In this document: one piece after another, positions 50,233 through 63,129 of the stretch
How the letters are laid out: the number at the start of each line of letters is the position of its first letter
How positions within the stretch are numbered: position 1 is the stretch's first letter
Assembly: GCA_964270895.1 (NCBI GenBank)
Contig: OZ185444.1
Strand: one strand, 5' to 3'
Length of the DNA stretch: 64,000 nt
Source of the DNA: Podarcis filfolensis
Lineage: Eukaryota
Made by a program: the position numbers and the translations under genes
Notes under the pieces: generated by a model
Database searches by the model: none
What the model saw: the letters and a program-made list of their open reading frames with translations, nothing else
What the model was told of the DNA's origin: nothing

Positions 50233-51210
50233 TAGTTATAAGCTCAAAAGTTGAAATCTTCCTCTACCCCCAACCTCAAGGAGTTGTTACTGTATTCATG
50301 AGGAACAGGGGAAGTGGGGGATGATTATAACAAATGAGGTTCTTTTATAGCTATAGTTCAAATGAAATGAGAAGAAATGCTTCTGCTACTCCTTTTACTG
50401 GTTTACCCAGTACAAGCATGGAGTGCATACAGCCTCCTCACATTATAGTATTGCTATTAATGCAAGTCCTGACATATCAAGATTAGTAAAGGTGAGTTTG
50501 ACATTAATTCAAGCAAATGTGGAGATTTCTCAGTATTGATTATGTTCACACTAAAAAAAATTCTTTTTCTGAGCTAGAGCCAGGTCATCTATGAGGTGCA
50601 ATACAAACCAAAGAGGTGAATATCAGTTTCCAGGTGAAGCAGTGCAATTTTAAACAATATCTGAATACTGTCCTCCATGGCAGCTGTGGTATTATACCTA
50701 CCTGTATAGGTATTGCAAAATAAAGAGTAAAAAAATCTCAGGGGCTAGAGGAGAGGGTTAACTTCAAAAGGGACACAACAAACGATATGGCCTTTCTTCA
50801 AATAAAAAAACAAACAAAAAACACCATTCATGTTTTTTCCTTTAGTATAAAAGAGTGAACACTCTATAATCTATGGAGTTTACTAATATCAGACAGGCCT
50901 CACTTAACACATCCTATTTTTGTGATACTGTTAAGAGCACTTGAGTGATTGTATTAAGTGAGTAATGAAGTGTCAGCTGAAGCAAGTTGGGAATGTTAAC
51001 TTGAAAGACTTCAGAGATAAAATTGACTATTTAATTTTCAAACTTACCCGCTTGGACAATGGAATGAGTGGAAGCAGGAGTTCTATGTAGTTATTTTGCA
51101 CCTGCCTACGTTGTCATTCTGCATGGTCAACACCACTTGCAGACATTCTTACAGAAGAGAAGCCAACTACAAAATGTATCTCTAAAGTCCATCCAAAAGT
51201 TCATGCTTAC

Positions 51211-51354
51211 TTTTCTTGTCCTTTTTCTCTTTTTCTTTCTTTTCTTCTTCGTCGTCACCTCCAGCACCAAGCAAGGTAAAGATAATTCCAGTTTGTGAGT
51301 TTACACCTACAGCAGTAACTACCATTCGTCCAGAACCTTCCATTACATGAGTAC
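51211..51354 (-). CDS. ATP2B1: ATP2B1 exon 6 ([48 protein letters not shown])
   Basis: 144 nt, phase 1-1; donor gtaagc. Confidence 0.97.
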
Positions 51355-52179
51355 CTGAAATGTGAAAGCATTCATATTCATGAAAAGTTCCAGACAGACT
51401 TCTGCTACAAGTTAGTGAGAAACTTGTTACAATACTTCCATTAATTTCCTATAGCAGAAACACACCTTTGATCAATAAAGGATATTCAGAAAATATAAAG
51501 AAGTAAAGGGTTTTATAATACCCAAGAAACGCTAAGCCAATAAAAACCATTAAGTAAGACTATAGCCATTAGAAAATTTTGTGCCTACCAACAGCCAGCT
51601 ACTGGCTAGCCAATATACAGCTGATGTGCAAGATCACTGGTAAATGCCTAAAAACTGGCACTATTGCATTTATATCCCCCTTTCATAGCCACCTTTTGAC
51701 TACATTCTCAGGGCAGTATACATAGGATTACTCTCATTTTAGCCTAACAATCTTTTGGGAATGGGTATGTGTGCAATTTTAGCAGTAAAGGAGTGCACAA
51801 GTAAACCCAGAACAGTTACCCTTTACATTCTGAAAGCCCCCCTGCAACTATTTTTCCCCCAGCCAAGCTCCTCCTATGCAAATCTAGCTGAAGGAAAGTC
51901 ACATGGGGGGCAGGCTGCAGAAAACTAAGCTGGCAGGTGAGCAGGATTTGTGCAATCCACATGTGGGCTACATTTGTGCTTATATAAGATGCATGCCTAC
52001 CAAGTTCACATGCACACATACATGTACTGGGATGCATCCAATGTAACACTAAGTTAAAGTGACTTTAACTCCACTGGTGAAATGCTTTGCACCAACAGAA
52101 TGCTGTTGCACAATCTACTGCACAACGAAGTTACAACAATGTGATGTGCAACACTAAAAATCATGCATCTTTGGGACAG

Positions 52180-52255
52180 CTGAATATTCCTGCATCACAG
52201 GGGGTTGGACAAGATCATCCTCAGGATCCCTTCCAACTCTACAAATCTATGATAT
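52180..52255 (+). mobile_element. SINE/CR1 3' tail fragment
   Basis: gacagctgaatattcctgc...gggttggacaagatcatcctcaggatcccttccaactctacaaatctatga; a similar tail occurs at 26420-26492. Confidence 0.7.
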
Positions 52256-52374
52256 AGTTTCCTGTTAATTGTGTTGCTTATGTTTTATTCTAGATTGTTT
52301 TGTTTAATATTTTATTGTGCTGTAAATATCTTTAAGATATTTTCCTTAAAAATATGAAGTGCTATAGAAATGAA

Positions 52375-52428
<54 letters not shown>
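52375..52428 (+). repeat. (ATT)18 microsatellite
   Basis: Read directly; follows an L2-like 3' end. Confidence 0.98.
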
Positions 52429-54641
52429 TCAGCTACATCTGGAGGGCCAAAGGTTCTCCACACTTGATGTAAAATATAGTGCTGTACTGTACTTTCTTCT
52501 TGCAGGAGAACCACTAAACACACATTTCGGAATGAAAAGTTAGTGTAACCATTTCTGGTTTCTGACCACAATATTTTAAGAATGTGGCCAAGAACCAAAG
52601 GCACATTCACTTGATCCTTCCTTGCCAGCACTATAGTAGGGCACCCTTAAGTAGCCCAAAACTGCTTTGGATAAGGTGCAGGAAAAGATGAGAGCTGCCA
52701 TTGCACCTGTCTACCAATTTCTCCTTTAACTAATTTCCCATTCCCTAGGGTTTTTTTGGGGGGGGTATTAAATGTGAGATGGGGCAGCTGAAAGGAATGT
52801 TTGAGATTCTTGGAGATGTACCTTCTGAAAAGATATCTCTCTCAAAATAAAATAAAATCCGTTGTATAAACACCTTTCTCCACATTTGTAGAAATAGCCA
52901 AGGCTTATCTAAGCTGGAAGTAAGATGGGAGTAAATCTGCCATATTATGCCTGTATTATTCCTCCCTTCCTGGATTCAGAGTTTTGTTCTAGTGATCTAG
53001 CCAGCAAGCCAGGCTGCCTTGTCCACCTGTTCCAGATTTCCCAGCAATTCATATGCTGAGGGGAGTGAAAGTATTGTGCACTGTTGCACAATCACAATAG
53101 ATCAGACATAAGGGGTGAGATGAAATGGAAGAAATGGAGCAAATGCTGAAAGAAAAGGAATGAGCAGATGGGTTCTGAACTGCAGAGGTACAGAAAGGAG
53201 AAAAATGAGTTGGTAACATGTTATGCAGACACTTGCAAGTGGGGAAACAGATGGGCTGCACACTTGTAGTGGTGAAGACACAGCATGTGCTATGGGGCAC
53301 ACAGAGAAGGAGGGATGTTTAACAGAGGTCAGAGAAAGAAGAAACAGTACTATGGGAGCAAAGCCAAGAAGGGATTAGCAGAATGCACTGAACACAGTTA
53401 CAACTGTAGCAAAAAAATGCTTTTCAGTAGTTAATGCAGCTGCCATGCAGTCGTGCTGGGTTAATAAATGAAAGTGGCCCCTGGAGGAATTTAAGTTGGG
53501 CTCTCCAGTAAAGTCCTTTACACTAGAACTGCTTTTTATAAGACATTTTATTAAAGTTATACAAAACTGCAGTGTAGCATTAGACAGAACATAAAATTCT
53601 TACTATTAACACACTTATGTATTATAATAATGAGTTGCATGATATCAAGTTGATTAGGGAAGAAAGTTTCCAAAAGAAAAAAACACATTCCAAAGAAAAA
53701 ACCACATTTCAGCATTCCCATAAGCTGCTAATATATCTAAATATTGCAATCAGTCCTGTATATCTGGAGCACATCTGAGTTTCTACTAAAATACTTTAAA
53801 TCTTAGGCCATGATACACACTCTGACAAGCCCCATTAGGCTAGTTAAGGGTAGCATTCTAATAAAATCCATTATTTAAATGATTTGTAAATATACTGTCT
53901 TGCAAAGATAATGCCTATCTACCTCAAGTGCACTGAACTGAGCAGCTGTAAGTATCACCAACAGCAAACTCAGGCAGTGAGTGCTGACAGATATATAGCC
54001 AAACAGGGCCACGGAGAAATATTAACATGCTCAGGAGACCGTTCAGTTTGTTATTGTTCATGGCTATACTATATAAGATAGTGAACCAGTTTATTCGAGA
54101 CTGGCAATAAGGTTTAAATCTGCATAGTCTCTGGGGTATAGTGGAAAACAATAGCTGCCTATTTGCACAACTGAATTCTGTCAACTGGAACACTCTGCAG
54201 TACGTCTGCAGTCTTAACCATATAACTCACTTCAGGCTTTGAATAATTTCATCTTTTATTTCATTGATGAGGAGCTAAATGAGGGCATGCTTACTTAATT
54301 CAGGGGGTCACCGCATCCATATTACTAGAGTCTAATAAAACTACCCTATGAACAGTGTTTAATAAATATGGAAAGTTGAGACATTTCAGCGATGCACACT
54401 AGCTTAAAGTAATCACATTAAAGGATGCTTGTATGTCTGAAATCCTACCTGTTGTTAAGACCCATCTTTCCGGCCCTGAGAAGGTTAAAAGCATGATACA
54501 TAATACATAAGAGTACTAGATCTTAGCATGCTGTCACCTAGAAAGACAGTGTTTCACATAACCTAGTTCTTGAAGTAGGAAACTTTGTCCAGTTTCCAAA
54601 ATACCTCATGCCCAGTTCTTCGCTATCATTTGATCACTCAC

Positions 54642-54767
54642 CTGAGAGCAACATAGGATCGCGATCAGATGTTTTCTTAACATGATCAGATTCTCCAGTC
54701 AGTGAGCTTTCATCAATTTTGAGGTCATTTCCTTGTATAAGTACACCATCTGCTGGTAAAAGGTCAC
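54642..54767 (-). CDS. ATP2B1: ATP2B1 exon 5 ([30 protein letters not shown]...)
   Basis: 126 nt; contains the actuator-domain TGES motif; donor gtgagt. Confidence 0.98.
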
Positions 54768-54853
54768 CTAAAAAAGAAAGAGCCCAAATGGTACTTTTAA
54801 AATACATTCAATAAGAAGTTACCAGAGATGACATCATAAATAAGTATATTTAC

Positions 54854-55108
54854 CATATTTTACTTGTGCAATATCACCAACAACTATGTCAGCTATAGGT
54901 ATCTGGATGACTTGGCCACCCCTGATGACAGTAAACTTCTGCTCTTGTTCAATGCGGCTTTGCAATCCCCTAAATTGTTTCTCTTTACTCCAGTCATTGA
55001 AAGCTGTGACTAATACCACACAAACGACAGACAGGAGAATTGCAGCTCCTTCAATCCACCCTGTTTCACTTTCATCCTCGTCTTCACCAGCTGCTACTGT
55101 TCCACATA
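54854..55108 (-). CDS. ATP2B1: ATP2B1 exon 4 (TM2, [13 protein letters not shown]...IAQVKY)
   Basis: 255 nt; AG/GT boundaries; PMCA signature sequence. Confidence 0.98.
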
Positions 55109-56702
55109 CTGGAAAAAGTAAACAAATAATCAGCATCGCATACTCAAATTTTAATATTGTTCTGCATTAATCTGAAAACTGAAATTTATCATTCAAACTT
55201 TATTACAGAACCAACCCAGTAATACTGACTTAGGCCCCATATCAAATGCACACTAGCTTTGACAGCTTTCCTAAGGTTACAACAAAGCTTGAGTTTAAAA
55301 AAATATGGTTAATGTTCATATTATGTGGCTGCAATTAAGCTACCATGACAGTGGTATCCTACCACTATATTACAAGTGCTATAGGATTATTCAGATTAAA
55401 TGTGTCAGTCGACAAGGGTTATATACACACAGCAGTTTAACGTGCATTCAATGCATTCCACGTGAGCATACTTTTAATGCTATCCCATGATTCAGTCGTC
55501 ATCGAAGTGGCAGTCCACATTCCCCCCAATATAATTTGGTGTTTCCACTGTGGTGCAACGGACATTCTTTTCAACGCACAGCTTTGTTCAAGTTTAGTAC
55601 ATGGGAAAACTTGCATCTCAATAATAAAAATAAAATTACTCAACGCACAGGTAAACAATTACCTGTGCACATACCCACAATGGCCCTCAGGTTTCTGGAA
55701 CTCTGGGACAAGTAAAGAAGTACTAATTGAGGGGAGCGGACAACACCTCACAGTGAGAATGCATCCTATCAAGCACACCACACTAGTGCACACCCGTGGC
55801 TCCTAACTGGTGGTCTGCGGAGCCCAAGGGGTCCACAGCACCATTTACATAACAAAAACTACCATAACATTTTCAAAGGTAGGGTGTCCATGGCTTGGCT
55901 ATTCAAAAACAGGGGGTCTGCAGAACATAGTTAATTGGGAACCACTGGCGTAGACAATAAAATACTTAAAAGAGTTCAAATGAATGCTCATGTGTAGATG
56001 AATGTGAGCAAAAGCACACACGAAAAACCAGATCTGTGTGACACACATGTGCATTAAGGCTCTGGTATGTACGCAACCAAGGTATCTATGCCCATGAAGG
56101 GTGTGTGGGTGTTTCTGGAGAAATATCCCTAAACCTCCTTCTTCTCATGCTGGGCTTGGAGCATTCAACAATTAAAGCAAAAGTGGGCTGGGAAAAACAG
56201 AGGGGTTTGCACATCACATAGAGCTTCCCTGCCTTTCACCTTTGCCCACTACAGGGGAGTACACAGAGACTATTACTAACAGGCCAGATGTCTATGTGCT
56301 GCAAACAGACCCATGCAATCTCTATTCTTCCTGTCTATACTAGAATTGCCATGATCTGGAAGTGGAACAAAGGACTGACGGGGTCCTTGCTGCTCTCGTT
56401 TCAGAGGGGTAAGTGGAGGGCTTGTTGCTAAATTATTGGCAGTTTTGGAAAGATATTCTTATGCTTGATCATTTTGTTGACATACAATGAATGTGGAAAT
56501 CCCGAGGAACATGACTCCTTCCCACTTCCCACATAAGATTGTTTTTTCTCCATTTCCCAAGACCAAGATGCAACTGAACACAGAAATATCAGCAACAGAA
56601 GCTGGTATTTAACTACATTAGGAAGAAGGCTTTAACGCACAAGTAATTTAGATGTAAATCTTGATGTATTTTAATTAAGAACCAATCCTAGATAGTCAAG
56701 CC

Positions 56703-56840
56703 CAGGTATGGAAAACCTTTGGCCCTCCATATGTTTCGGAACTACAATTCCCATCTTCCCTGGGTACTGACCATGCTTGCTGGGACTGATGGGAGTTGTA
56801 GTTCAGCAGCATCTGGAGGGCCAAAGATTCCCCACACCTA
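56703..56840. mobile_element. Palindromic hAT MITE, related family
   Basis: ggccctcca...actacaattcccatc...gatgggagttgtagt...tggagggcc; degenerate TSD gtcaagcc/gtctagtc. Confidence 0.8.
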
Positions 56841-57270
56841 GTCTAGTCCATAACTAGAACCTAAGTAAAAGTTCTGGTAGCAGAGCTTAGATCAATACTT
56901 AAATTTCTTTTCTTGTGATCATAGGATTTAAAGTTTCTACCTTTTCCGTTGCACGTAACAGATTCCCATATTCACTTTTTAGCAGCTATGGGCTTATAAA
57001 AAGGTAGCATGATGGGGACCAACTCTTGGCAGAGTACTACAAAATTTATGGATAAATATGTAAGCAAATTTGATCAACCAATAGCATCGCCCCTGAATCT
57101 CTTCCATTTATTTCAAGATAAGAGTCTGATCCATTCTGTCCAATAATATATTCCAGGTTTTAACAGATTAAAGCCAAGGATAAAAAGAATGTAACTGTCA
57201 GTATACAACAAATTAGAGAGGTGGTTAAGTTTTCATGTTTTGCAGCAAAATATTCACCATGAATAAGTCT

Positions 57271-57271
<1 letters not shown>

Positions 57272-57313
<42 letters not shown>
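57272..57313 (+). repeat. (AC)21 microsatellite
   Basis: Read directly. Confidence 0.98.
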
Positions 57314-57314
<1 letters not shown>

Positions 57315-57779
57315 ACTAGTGGAGGTCACGTCAGTATTACTCATTTTCGTGGATTAAGTCTATTTTGAAGTTTTGACAAAGGATAGTTCTATTTAGCCCA
57401 AAGAACTGACTCAACTGATGTCAAAGAAGAAAGAAATGAGAGAGAATGGGTATGTTTTTAAACTCTCCAACTATCTATTAAATGATTCATGCAGAACTCT
57501 AGATGTGAGAAGAATGGCAATAGTTTGACATAAAAGGTACACTGATGGGCAGTACATTCATTATGTTATCTTTTTCCAGTGCATGTATATCTGGTTCAGA
57601 GTTTAAACACATCATCCAGCTCAGATTACTTTCTGCCCAAGAATAGGGTAATGATGGGAATGCCTGAACAAGAGAACTGCTAGTCATGTTTCAGTTCTAA
57701 AATTCAGTCTTGAGCCTGTTTGAAACTCATTGGCTGAGGTTATTTGTAGGTGTGGCCTTGGATGTCTCCAATATACATA

Positions 57780-58570
57780 TGACTTCTCGTTGTTTCTCTG
57801 CTTTCTATCAAAACTAAGTTATGCAGTGGACATTACAAATCAGTGCTTGGGCATGGTAATGAACTGAGTAAGAGGCAATAAACTGAAACTCAATCTAGAC
57901 AAGACAGACGTATTATTAGTGGGAGGTCTATCCAACAAGCTGAGTGGTGCACAATCTGTTTTGAAGGAGGTTGCACTCTCCCCAAAGGACCGGAAGCACA
58001 GTCTGGAGGGTGTTCCTGGATCCAGCACTGTCTCTTAATGCACATGCATCCTTGGTAGTTCAGAGAACCTTTTTATCAGCTCAAAATGATATACCAGTTA
58101 TGATATTATCTGGACAAAGATAGTCTTGCTATAGTCATCCATGTTCTGATAACTTCCTGTGGGGTTTGATCTCGTCTGCTTCTGAGCTCAATTCAAAGTG
58201 CTTGTATTAACATTTAAAGTCCCAAGTGGCTTAGAGCCAAATTACCTGAAGGATCAATTACCTGAAGGCCCACTTCTATATCTCCCTGCCAAATCAGCTG
58301 AAGTGGAAGCCACAAGGGAAAGAGCATCTGCAGTACTGGTACCCATTATGGAAAACTTTCCACCCCCCAGGAGTTTACCTACATTGTGGTCTTTTTCAAC
58401 ACCTTGTAATGACCTTTCATTTTCCCAGGCTTTTTTTGTTTGTTTTATTACTGAAACGTGTTGCACTATTTATTTTCTGTTGCTGGTTTTATTATGTTGC
58501 TGTTTTAACTGTTTATTATTTTAAAACCAACTTCATGGTTTTAACTTGTGTGAACTGCCTGAAGAAATTT
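57780..58570 (+). mobile_element. L2-clade LINE fragment (old, internally deleted)
   Basis: LKLNLDKTDVLLVGG..., later VL.LTFK....L.P.YLK, and an L2-type T-rich 3'UTR. Confidence 0.75.
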
Positions 58571-60289
58571 TTTATTTGGCAATATAGGAATGTTGCAAAT
58601 AAATGAGTTTGGGGTTAACCTGAGAAGAAATTTTTACTTGATTGTCCTGGATCTCACAGTTTTTGAAACCATTCAGCACAGTATACATGTGGATCACCTG
58701 TTCAGGCTAAGACAGGTTTTGACAAATCCATTCACTAGATTTAATTATGACGATAGCCTTCCCTGCTCTTGTAAATGAGGTGGTGACACATTTCAGTTTT
58801 ACTATTGTTTGTGATTATTTGCTGGTGACATCATCTGGCCCATTTCTTCCATGCCTATGCTTTTTCCTTGGTTTCCTTTTGGCAATGGCCTAAGTGAGGC
58901 TCACTTTCACTATGGGTTAGTAAAATAAAAGGAAAGGAAAGGGTAAAAATCCAGTTGCTACCCCACCCTGGCTTAGTAAAAAGACAGGGTGGGGAACAGA
59001 TGTCCTGCAGTGCAGCTAAGCAGGAAGTGAACTGGGGAGAGGTCCTCTGGCCCAATCAGATGACTCCTGTTCATTTGCATCTTCTTGTCCAGTGGCATGA
59101 GTGGGTGGAAATACCCCATCCAGATTTCACTCCCCTTTTGTTGATGGCATTCTTAAGTTTAAATTATAAAATTATTTGAAAGATTGTTCAAATTTACAAT
59201 TAAACCCTAAAGGCTGCATTTCAGCTGTCTGAGAAGCCTTTGTTAAACTAAGGCTCATTGTGTTTTACAAGTTGAACTTTTCAAAAACAAGCAGCCTTAG
59301 AATCAAATTACGTAATTGGGAACAGCTAGAAATTAGGTAGTGTTTTATCAATTAAATAAAACAGATTTCTCTCATCTCTTCTCCTTTAGAACACTGTTCC
59401 TGAGAGACATTAAGAGCACAGTGATATGCTTGACATTGCATGATTTAGTCAGATCACTTGCCATAGTGGTTGGTGGAGGAAACAAATCACCATTCTGAGA
59501 ACCTTAAATCAAAGACAACACACACCAAAATTTGTTTCATCATTAATTCCATTTAAAAGCAACAACCCCATTCAGTTGGGGGGGGGGTGACTGCAGCTGA
59601 TAAATACAATCTAGTTTATGGGGGAAAACTTTAGGGTAATATTCACTAAGTTTTACTCAGAATAAACCCATTTAAATTAACGAGCATGATTGTTAGGTCC
59701 ATTAATTTCAATTTTTGTAATAAAAATTTAGGTAGAAAACAAATAAACATGTTATTGGTCAAATTCCATACTTTCCCCCATATTCTGCAGTATAGTAGAA
59801 AACAATCCAAGTATCCAATACTTGAACTATAATTGTGAGGGAGGAGAGAAACCATTTAAATCAACCTACATGAAGCCTGAGCTACTTAATTTCAAGACAA
59901 CTTCTGCTTTGATAAATTTGTATGTTGTTGTTCTGTCTAAGTGTGACTTAGACAACCTGCAAAGTCATGGCTTAGAAGTTACACTTTATTTCAGTGACTT
60001 CAATACCTATCAGGCAGGAGTCAGCTGCGGAGCGAGGTATGCTGTATGATATTCTACAAAGTTCCATCTTCTGTCATACTTTTTAAAATTTACATGAAAC
60101 AACTGAGAGATACTGCAATATGAAAAAAGGGGGGTAATTACATCCTATTTCTCCTTTTTGGTAGATCCACTAGGTACTAAATTCTTTAAATGGTACCTAT
60201 GGATAACAACTGAATGCATGATAAAAGGAACTGAAGGAATAATAAATGATAAAGAAATCTAGGCTAGACTGATTTTATTGTTGGCGATA

Positions 60290-61130
60290 GCTCCTACAGA
60301 TGTAGGAACCAGCAGTTCTGGAGAGGACTTAATTTCCTTGAATAGCATGCAAGAGATGCTATTCCTAGAATCTCAGTTAGTCACCATAGCCAAGAATGCT
60401 TTATACCTTCTTAGGTTTGTAGGCCAACTACACCCACTCATAGAAGACAGTATTTGCTTCATCAAACATGCTTTGATAACCATCAGGGTAGACTCTGTTA
60501 CCACGTTTAATCAAATCCTGGCTTAGAAAGTCAGGATATGCATGAATCTCATATAGCCCATTCATGTGATCCAATCCTGGGTTCTTCAGAGGTCACTAAC
60601 ACCATAATTCTTGGTTCACATATAATGGAAAGCCATGGTTAACTGCAGCTGCCTGGTTTGTTTTTCCACTTGATCAAAGAAAGAAGTGGAAGCAAAAGGG
60701 CTACATTTGAGTGCATGATGGTTGTGCACATCCAGATTTATTAATCAATTATCTGATTGTCTAAACTAGGCCATCATATGGGTGCATTCAGATAACATCC
60801 AAAAACTTCAGTTAGTTCCAAAAGCAGCAGTGCATTACATAGCCATTGGTAACACATTCACACCTGTAATGGCATAACTGCAGTGACTTCAAACCTATTT
60901 CAGTTCACAATTTGAAGTGCTAGTTTTAACCTTTAAAGCTGTAAATAGCTTTGGTCCAGATTACCCAAAGTAGCAGCAGAAAACTTGTAGTTCTCCATAT
61001 GTTGTGGGACTATAACAACATCATCCCTGATCACTGGCCATAGTGACTGGGGCTCATGGGAGCATGAGTCCAATGATATCTGGAGGGCTATGAGTTCCTC
61101 ACAACTGACCTAAGGAAATGATTCTCCCCA
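60290..61130 (+). mobile_element. L2-clade LINE fragment split by two insertions
   Basis: SQLVTIAKNALYLLRFVGQLHP...HALIT.R.D (60350-60500), resuming at about 60770 with KLQLV..AA...FTPV...F.VLVLTFKA; interrupted at about 60520-60770 and 60971-61107. Confidence 0.7.
60971..61107. mobile_element. Degenerate palindromic hAT MITE inserted in an L2 fragment
   Basis: Family core; degenerate TSD acccaaag/acctaagg. Confidence 0.65.
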
Positions 61131-62460
61131 CACCCAAAAATCGTCAGGAGCGACCCTATTCCAAACATATTCTGAGACCAGATTAATGTATGAGCAGTAG
61201 TTTCTTTTCAACAGTATTACTGCACGCTGTCCCAGTGCCGAAGTCATAGTCTCTTCTTCTAGAAATAGGGTGAAACCTTTCCCACTGCTGCCCTTCAGAT
61301 CTGTGGCAAAATAAGGCCTTTATTCAATGAGTGGGCTTTAAAACAATACTGACAGCCCCCCCCCGCCCCGCAACACATTTTGCCTGCTGCTGCTGTTGCT
61401 ATACAATATACAAAGCAAGCATTTTAGGATGATTTCTGATGCTTGGGCATGGTTGTATCAAGTTAATTGGAGTGCTTATGCTTTATTTTAAATAGCTGTG
61501 AGGACTCTCTAGAGCTACATGGCTAGGCACAACTTCCACTGCACCCCACCCCAGGAAAAAAGCAACCATATCTAACAATACACAAAATAAAGGCATGTGC
61601 AGAAATGCAACATGCTTGAGACATGTAGGAAGCTCAGTTTAGCGGATCTTCTAAACCATAATCTAAGGCAAAAGAGATTAAAGAGAAAAAAGTGTAGGCA
61701 CTGATTTTAAGAAGGGCAGCAGTTAATTTTTAAAAGGACAAGTGACAAGGTGACTTATCTGAACTACTAGCATGCCAGTTCAGTCATATTTAGCGCACCA
61801 GCCTTTGCCATGGTAGTCACCATGTAACTTCTGAAATCTGAATCTCTAAACAGAGTCTATGGTGCACATTCACTGCATGCTTGGAGACACCTATCCTGTC
61901 ATCAAGATTTCATGTTAAAGTGTGGAAAATACTGGAAAAAAAATGTATCAGCCTTGGTACAATTGTTAAACTGTTAAGACCAACAATTTAGCAGATTGGT
62001 TTTATGCCAACATTTGCTTTTTACTGGAAGAACAGGAAGTAGTGCTTATTTATATGCTGCTTCTGTGTCAAAAGCTCCTAAGCGGTTTACAACTAAAAAT
62101 ATCAATTATAAATTTTATACATAATTACAATGCACAACACAACTTGAATGGTGCATGAAAAGATTCTTAAAGTATGCAGTCATGCAATCCCATTAAAAAG
62201 TATAACAACTGAACAAGGAAGAGAGAGCATGAGCTTAGGTTCGCTCCAGGAAGGAAATCTGAGTACACCTTATATTTAGGGAAATTAAAGAGTATACCTC
62301 AAAATTACAACAATCTCTTAGCAAATACATTGTGACAGAACTTTAAATATTTGGTTCAAGTGCTGACTAGAAGTCATTCTACTCAGCACTTGAACCAGAA
62401 TTTGCTTATCATACAATTGTACTATGAAGCAATTATAATATGAAGCAATAAAACAACTTA

Positions 62461-62845
62461 ATGGCTTCATGCAGACCAATTCTGCAATACAAAGATTACT
62501 GCAAACGAGACATGAAGGCTGGCAACATCAAGCCTGCCATGTGGGAATCTCTTGCAGACAACCGTAGTGCCTGGAGACAGACAGTCAGGTCGTGTAACCA
62601 CACCAGAGGAGGAATGACCGCTGGGAGGAGTGCAAAAGAAAAGAAAAGAAAAGAAAAGAAAAGAAGCACCATGCTGCATCTGCAGCAGCACAACCTTCAT
62701 CTGCCCCAGCTGCAACCAAACATGTCTCCTCCATATCAGTCCCTACAGCCACAGCAGCTGCTGTAACTTTCCGATGTTTGACTTCACCCACAAAGGCACA
62801 TGCCTCCATTGTCTCCCAAGACAGAAGGGTATAAACAACAACATA
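62461..62845 (+). mobile_element. RTE-clade LINE 3' fragment (non-Bov-B) with internal (AAAAG)n
   Basis: RP.LQYKD.CKRDMKA.NI.P..WESLA.NR.AWR..V, followed by an F.C..C..C...SH Cys/His tail typical of RTE ORF ends. Confidence 0.75.
62634..62663 (+). repeat. (AAAAG)6 microsatellite
   Basis: Read directly; inside the RTE fragment. Confidence 0.95.
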
Positions 62846-62931
62846 ACCAATACATAAACTGGCAGACAATACCCAAACTCTGAAATACATTTTGAGGTAC
62901 ACAAGTATAAAGAAACAAACTCTTTACTTAC

Positions 62932-63129
62932 ATGCTTCATTCCCTCCTGGTGGTTGGTAAAAAGAAAGGCCCAATGATACTATGGCTGCAATTTCTAATA
63001 TAATTAATGTAACATCCTGTAGTGCTTCCCATACTAACTGAAGAAATGTTTTTGGCTTTTTAGGAGGTATAAAGTTCTTTCCAAACACAGCTGCTCTCCT
63101 TTCTATATCTGCTGGGTTTCCACTTAAGC
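62932..63129 (-). CDS. ATP2B1: ATP2B1 (PMCA1) exon 3 ([66 protein letters not shown]); the ATG exon lies right of the window
   Basis: 198 nt; acceptor aatatttag, donor gtaagt; near-identical to PMCA1 N-terminus/TM1; not in the ORF track. Confidence 0.97.
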
